A stretch of DNA of 32,000 bases from an uncultured Acidobacteriota bacterium (GTDB lineage Bacteria > Acidobacteriota > Terriglobia > Terriglobales > Acidobacteriaceae): the NCBI GenBank assembly GCA_963703465.1, contig CAVPEQ010000004.1, positions 57,893 through 89,892 of the forward strand, written 5' to 3'. A model generated the notes under the pieces. It worked only from the letters and a program-made list of their open reading frames with translations. It was not told the DNA's origin and made no database searches. The translations under genes and the position numbers were made by a program. Of the stretch, positions 30,906 through 32,000 are shown in pieces (the first letter of the stretch is position 1; each line of letters begins with the position of its first letter).

Positions 30906-32000
30906 TCATACCAGCTTCTTCAACTTCTTCTCATCCAAAAATTTCACGACTTTGCCTACGTCCTGCGAATTGGCCCGCGTGGTCACCAGCAAGGCGTCTT
31001 CAGTCTCGACGACGACAATATCGTTCACGCCCACCACCGCCACAAATTTCTTCGGCGAGTGAACGTAATTGCCGCTGGCGTTCAGCGTAAAAATCCCCTC
31101 CGATGTAACCAGGTTTCCATCCGCCGGAGTGCTCTTGCCCACGTGGTGTTCGTGCAGCGCGGTCCACGAGCCCAAATCGTTCCATCCGAAATCCGCGCGC
31201 AAACAAAAAATATTGGATTCCTGCTCGCCCTTGGCCGAGCGCGGCTCAAGCACGGCATAATCGACGCTGATGTCCTCGCATTTCGGATACAGCCGCTTGA
31301 AGGTCGCCGCAAACTTCCGGGTACCGAAGTCGGCGGCGATTTTCTCCAGTAGTGCGGCAGTCTTGGGCAGATGCTCGGTCAGCGCATTGGTCAGTGTCTT
31401 CGCGCTCCACAAAAACATACCGCTGTTCCAGTAAAAGTTCCCGGAGCGCACGAACTCCGCCGCACGTTCGGCATTTGGCTTTTCGGTGAAACGCAGCACG
31501 TGCCGGGCGTTTCCCGAGGCCAGCGATCCCGCCTCGATGTAGCCGTATCCGGTTTCCGCGCGCGAGGGCTCGATGCCCAGCACCACAATGTTTTCCCCGG
31601 CAGCCGCAATCTCAATGCCCTCACTCAGAATTTCGCGGAAGCGCACTTCGTTCGCAACCACATGATCAGAAGGAAACAGCCCGATCACCGCATCAGGATT
31701 CTCCCGCCGCAAAATAAAAGCCGCCAGGCCGATCGCGGGCGCGGTATTTCGTCCCATCGGTTCGGCAACGATGTGCTCCGGCTTCAGCTTTTTCAACTGC
31801 CGCACAATCTCCGGCCGCAGATCTTCATTGGTGATGATCCAGAACTGTTTCGCCGCCGCCAGCGGCAGCAACCGCGCCACCGTCTGTTGGATCATGGTCT
31901 CTTTGCCGTCGAGCGCGAGCAATTGCTTGGCGCGCTTTTTTCGGCTGAGTGGCCAGAAGCGCGTGCCGCGCCCTCCGGCAAGAATTACGGGATAGAAGTT
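30906..32000 (-). CDS. Mannose-1-phosphate guanylyltransferase (GDP-mannose pyrophosphorylase); 5' end outside the window
   Basis: The frame is open to the window edge. The N-terminal region reads ...PVILAGGRGTRFWPLSRKKRAKQLLALDGKE... (the nucleotidyltransferase G-loop). The rest resembles ManC without a C-terminal isomerase domain. Confidence 0.88.
   Translation of the reverse strand, partial: NFYPVILAGGRGTRFWPLSRKKRAKQLLALDGKETMIQQTVARLLPLAAAKQFWIITNEDLRPEIVRQLKKLKPEHIVAEPMGRNTAPAIGLAAFILRRENPDAVIGLFPSDHVVANEVRFREILSEGIEIAAAGENIVVLGIEPSRAETGYGYIEAGSLASGNARHVLRFTEKPNAERAAEFVRSGNFYWNSGMFLWSAKTLTNALTEHLPKTAALLEKIAADFGTRKFAATFKRLYPKCEDISVDYAVLEPRSAKGEQESNIFCLRADFGWNDLGSWTALHEHHVGKSTPADGNLVTSEGIFTLNASGNYVHSPKKFVAVVGVNDIVVVETEDALLVTTRANSQDVGKVVKFLDEKKLKKLV

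Noticed and set aside
1-32000. Search for tRNA, rRNA, tmRNA, transposase, integrase, phage or toxin-antitoxin genes
   Set aside because: No intergenic region exceeds about 320 nt. None shows cloverleaf-like or rRNA-like sequence. No ORF carries DDE, tyrosine- or serine-recombinase motifs, or typical toxin-antitoxin motifs.

Overview
This is a 32-kb chromosomal window from a moderately GC-rich bacterium with a diderm envelope (lnt, lpxD and kdsB are present). The gene content and repeat style look Acidobacteriota-like to me, but I cannot confirm taxonomy without a database search. All product calls rest on motifs I recognise in the supplied translations, not on searches.

I count about 33 protein-coding genes, mostly housekeeping:
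- Transport: an ABC-2 exporter pair.
- Sulfur metabolism: a cysteine synthase plus JAMM/Mec pair.
- DNA, RNA and translation: a DinG-family helicase, der, tsaC, a TrmH-family methyltransferase, rarA, and prfB with its classical +1 programmed frameshift.
- Envelope: lnt, lpxD, kdsB, an M48 peptidase, a phosphohexomutase and a mannose-1-P guanylyltransferase.
- Regulators: a LacI-family repressor, a CheY-like receiver and a GAF-PP2C phosphatase.
- Unassigned: an orphan radical SAM/SPASM-like enzyme, a GxxExxY (PD-(D/E)XK-like) protein and several hypotheticals.

I saw no rRNA, tRNA, CRISPR, transposase, integrase or phage genes.

The most unusual signal is non-genic. At least five families of short structured repeats are present:
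- A: a GC-rich stem-loop.
- B: CACAGAG/CACGGAG-unit hairpins.
- C: GCTAAAG-heptad hairpins.
- D: GACCGAC-heptad hairpins.
- E: a roughly 45-nt palindrome.

These repeats fill intergenic spaces and donate gene termini. Copies of B, D and E are also read through in frame inside essential genes: der, rarA and possibly the phosphohexomutase N-terminus.

The GxxExxY gene sits between perfect 32-bp direct copies of a family-B arm. That raises a REP/RAYT-like repeat-plus-nuclease hypothesis.

Three conserved genes (lpxD, tsaC and a receiver-like/DUF3052 pair) show +1-type frame disruptions. These could be sequence errors or real lesions.
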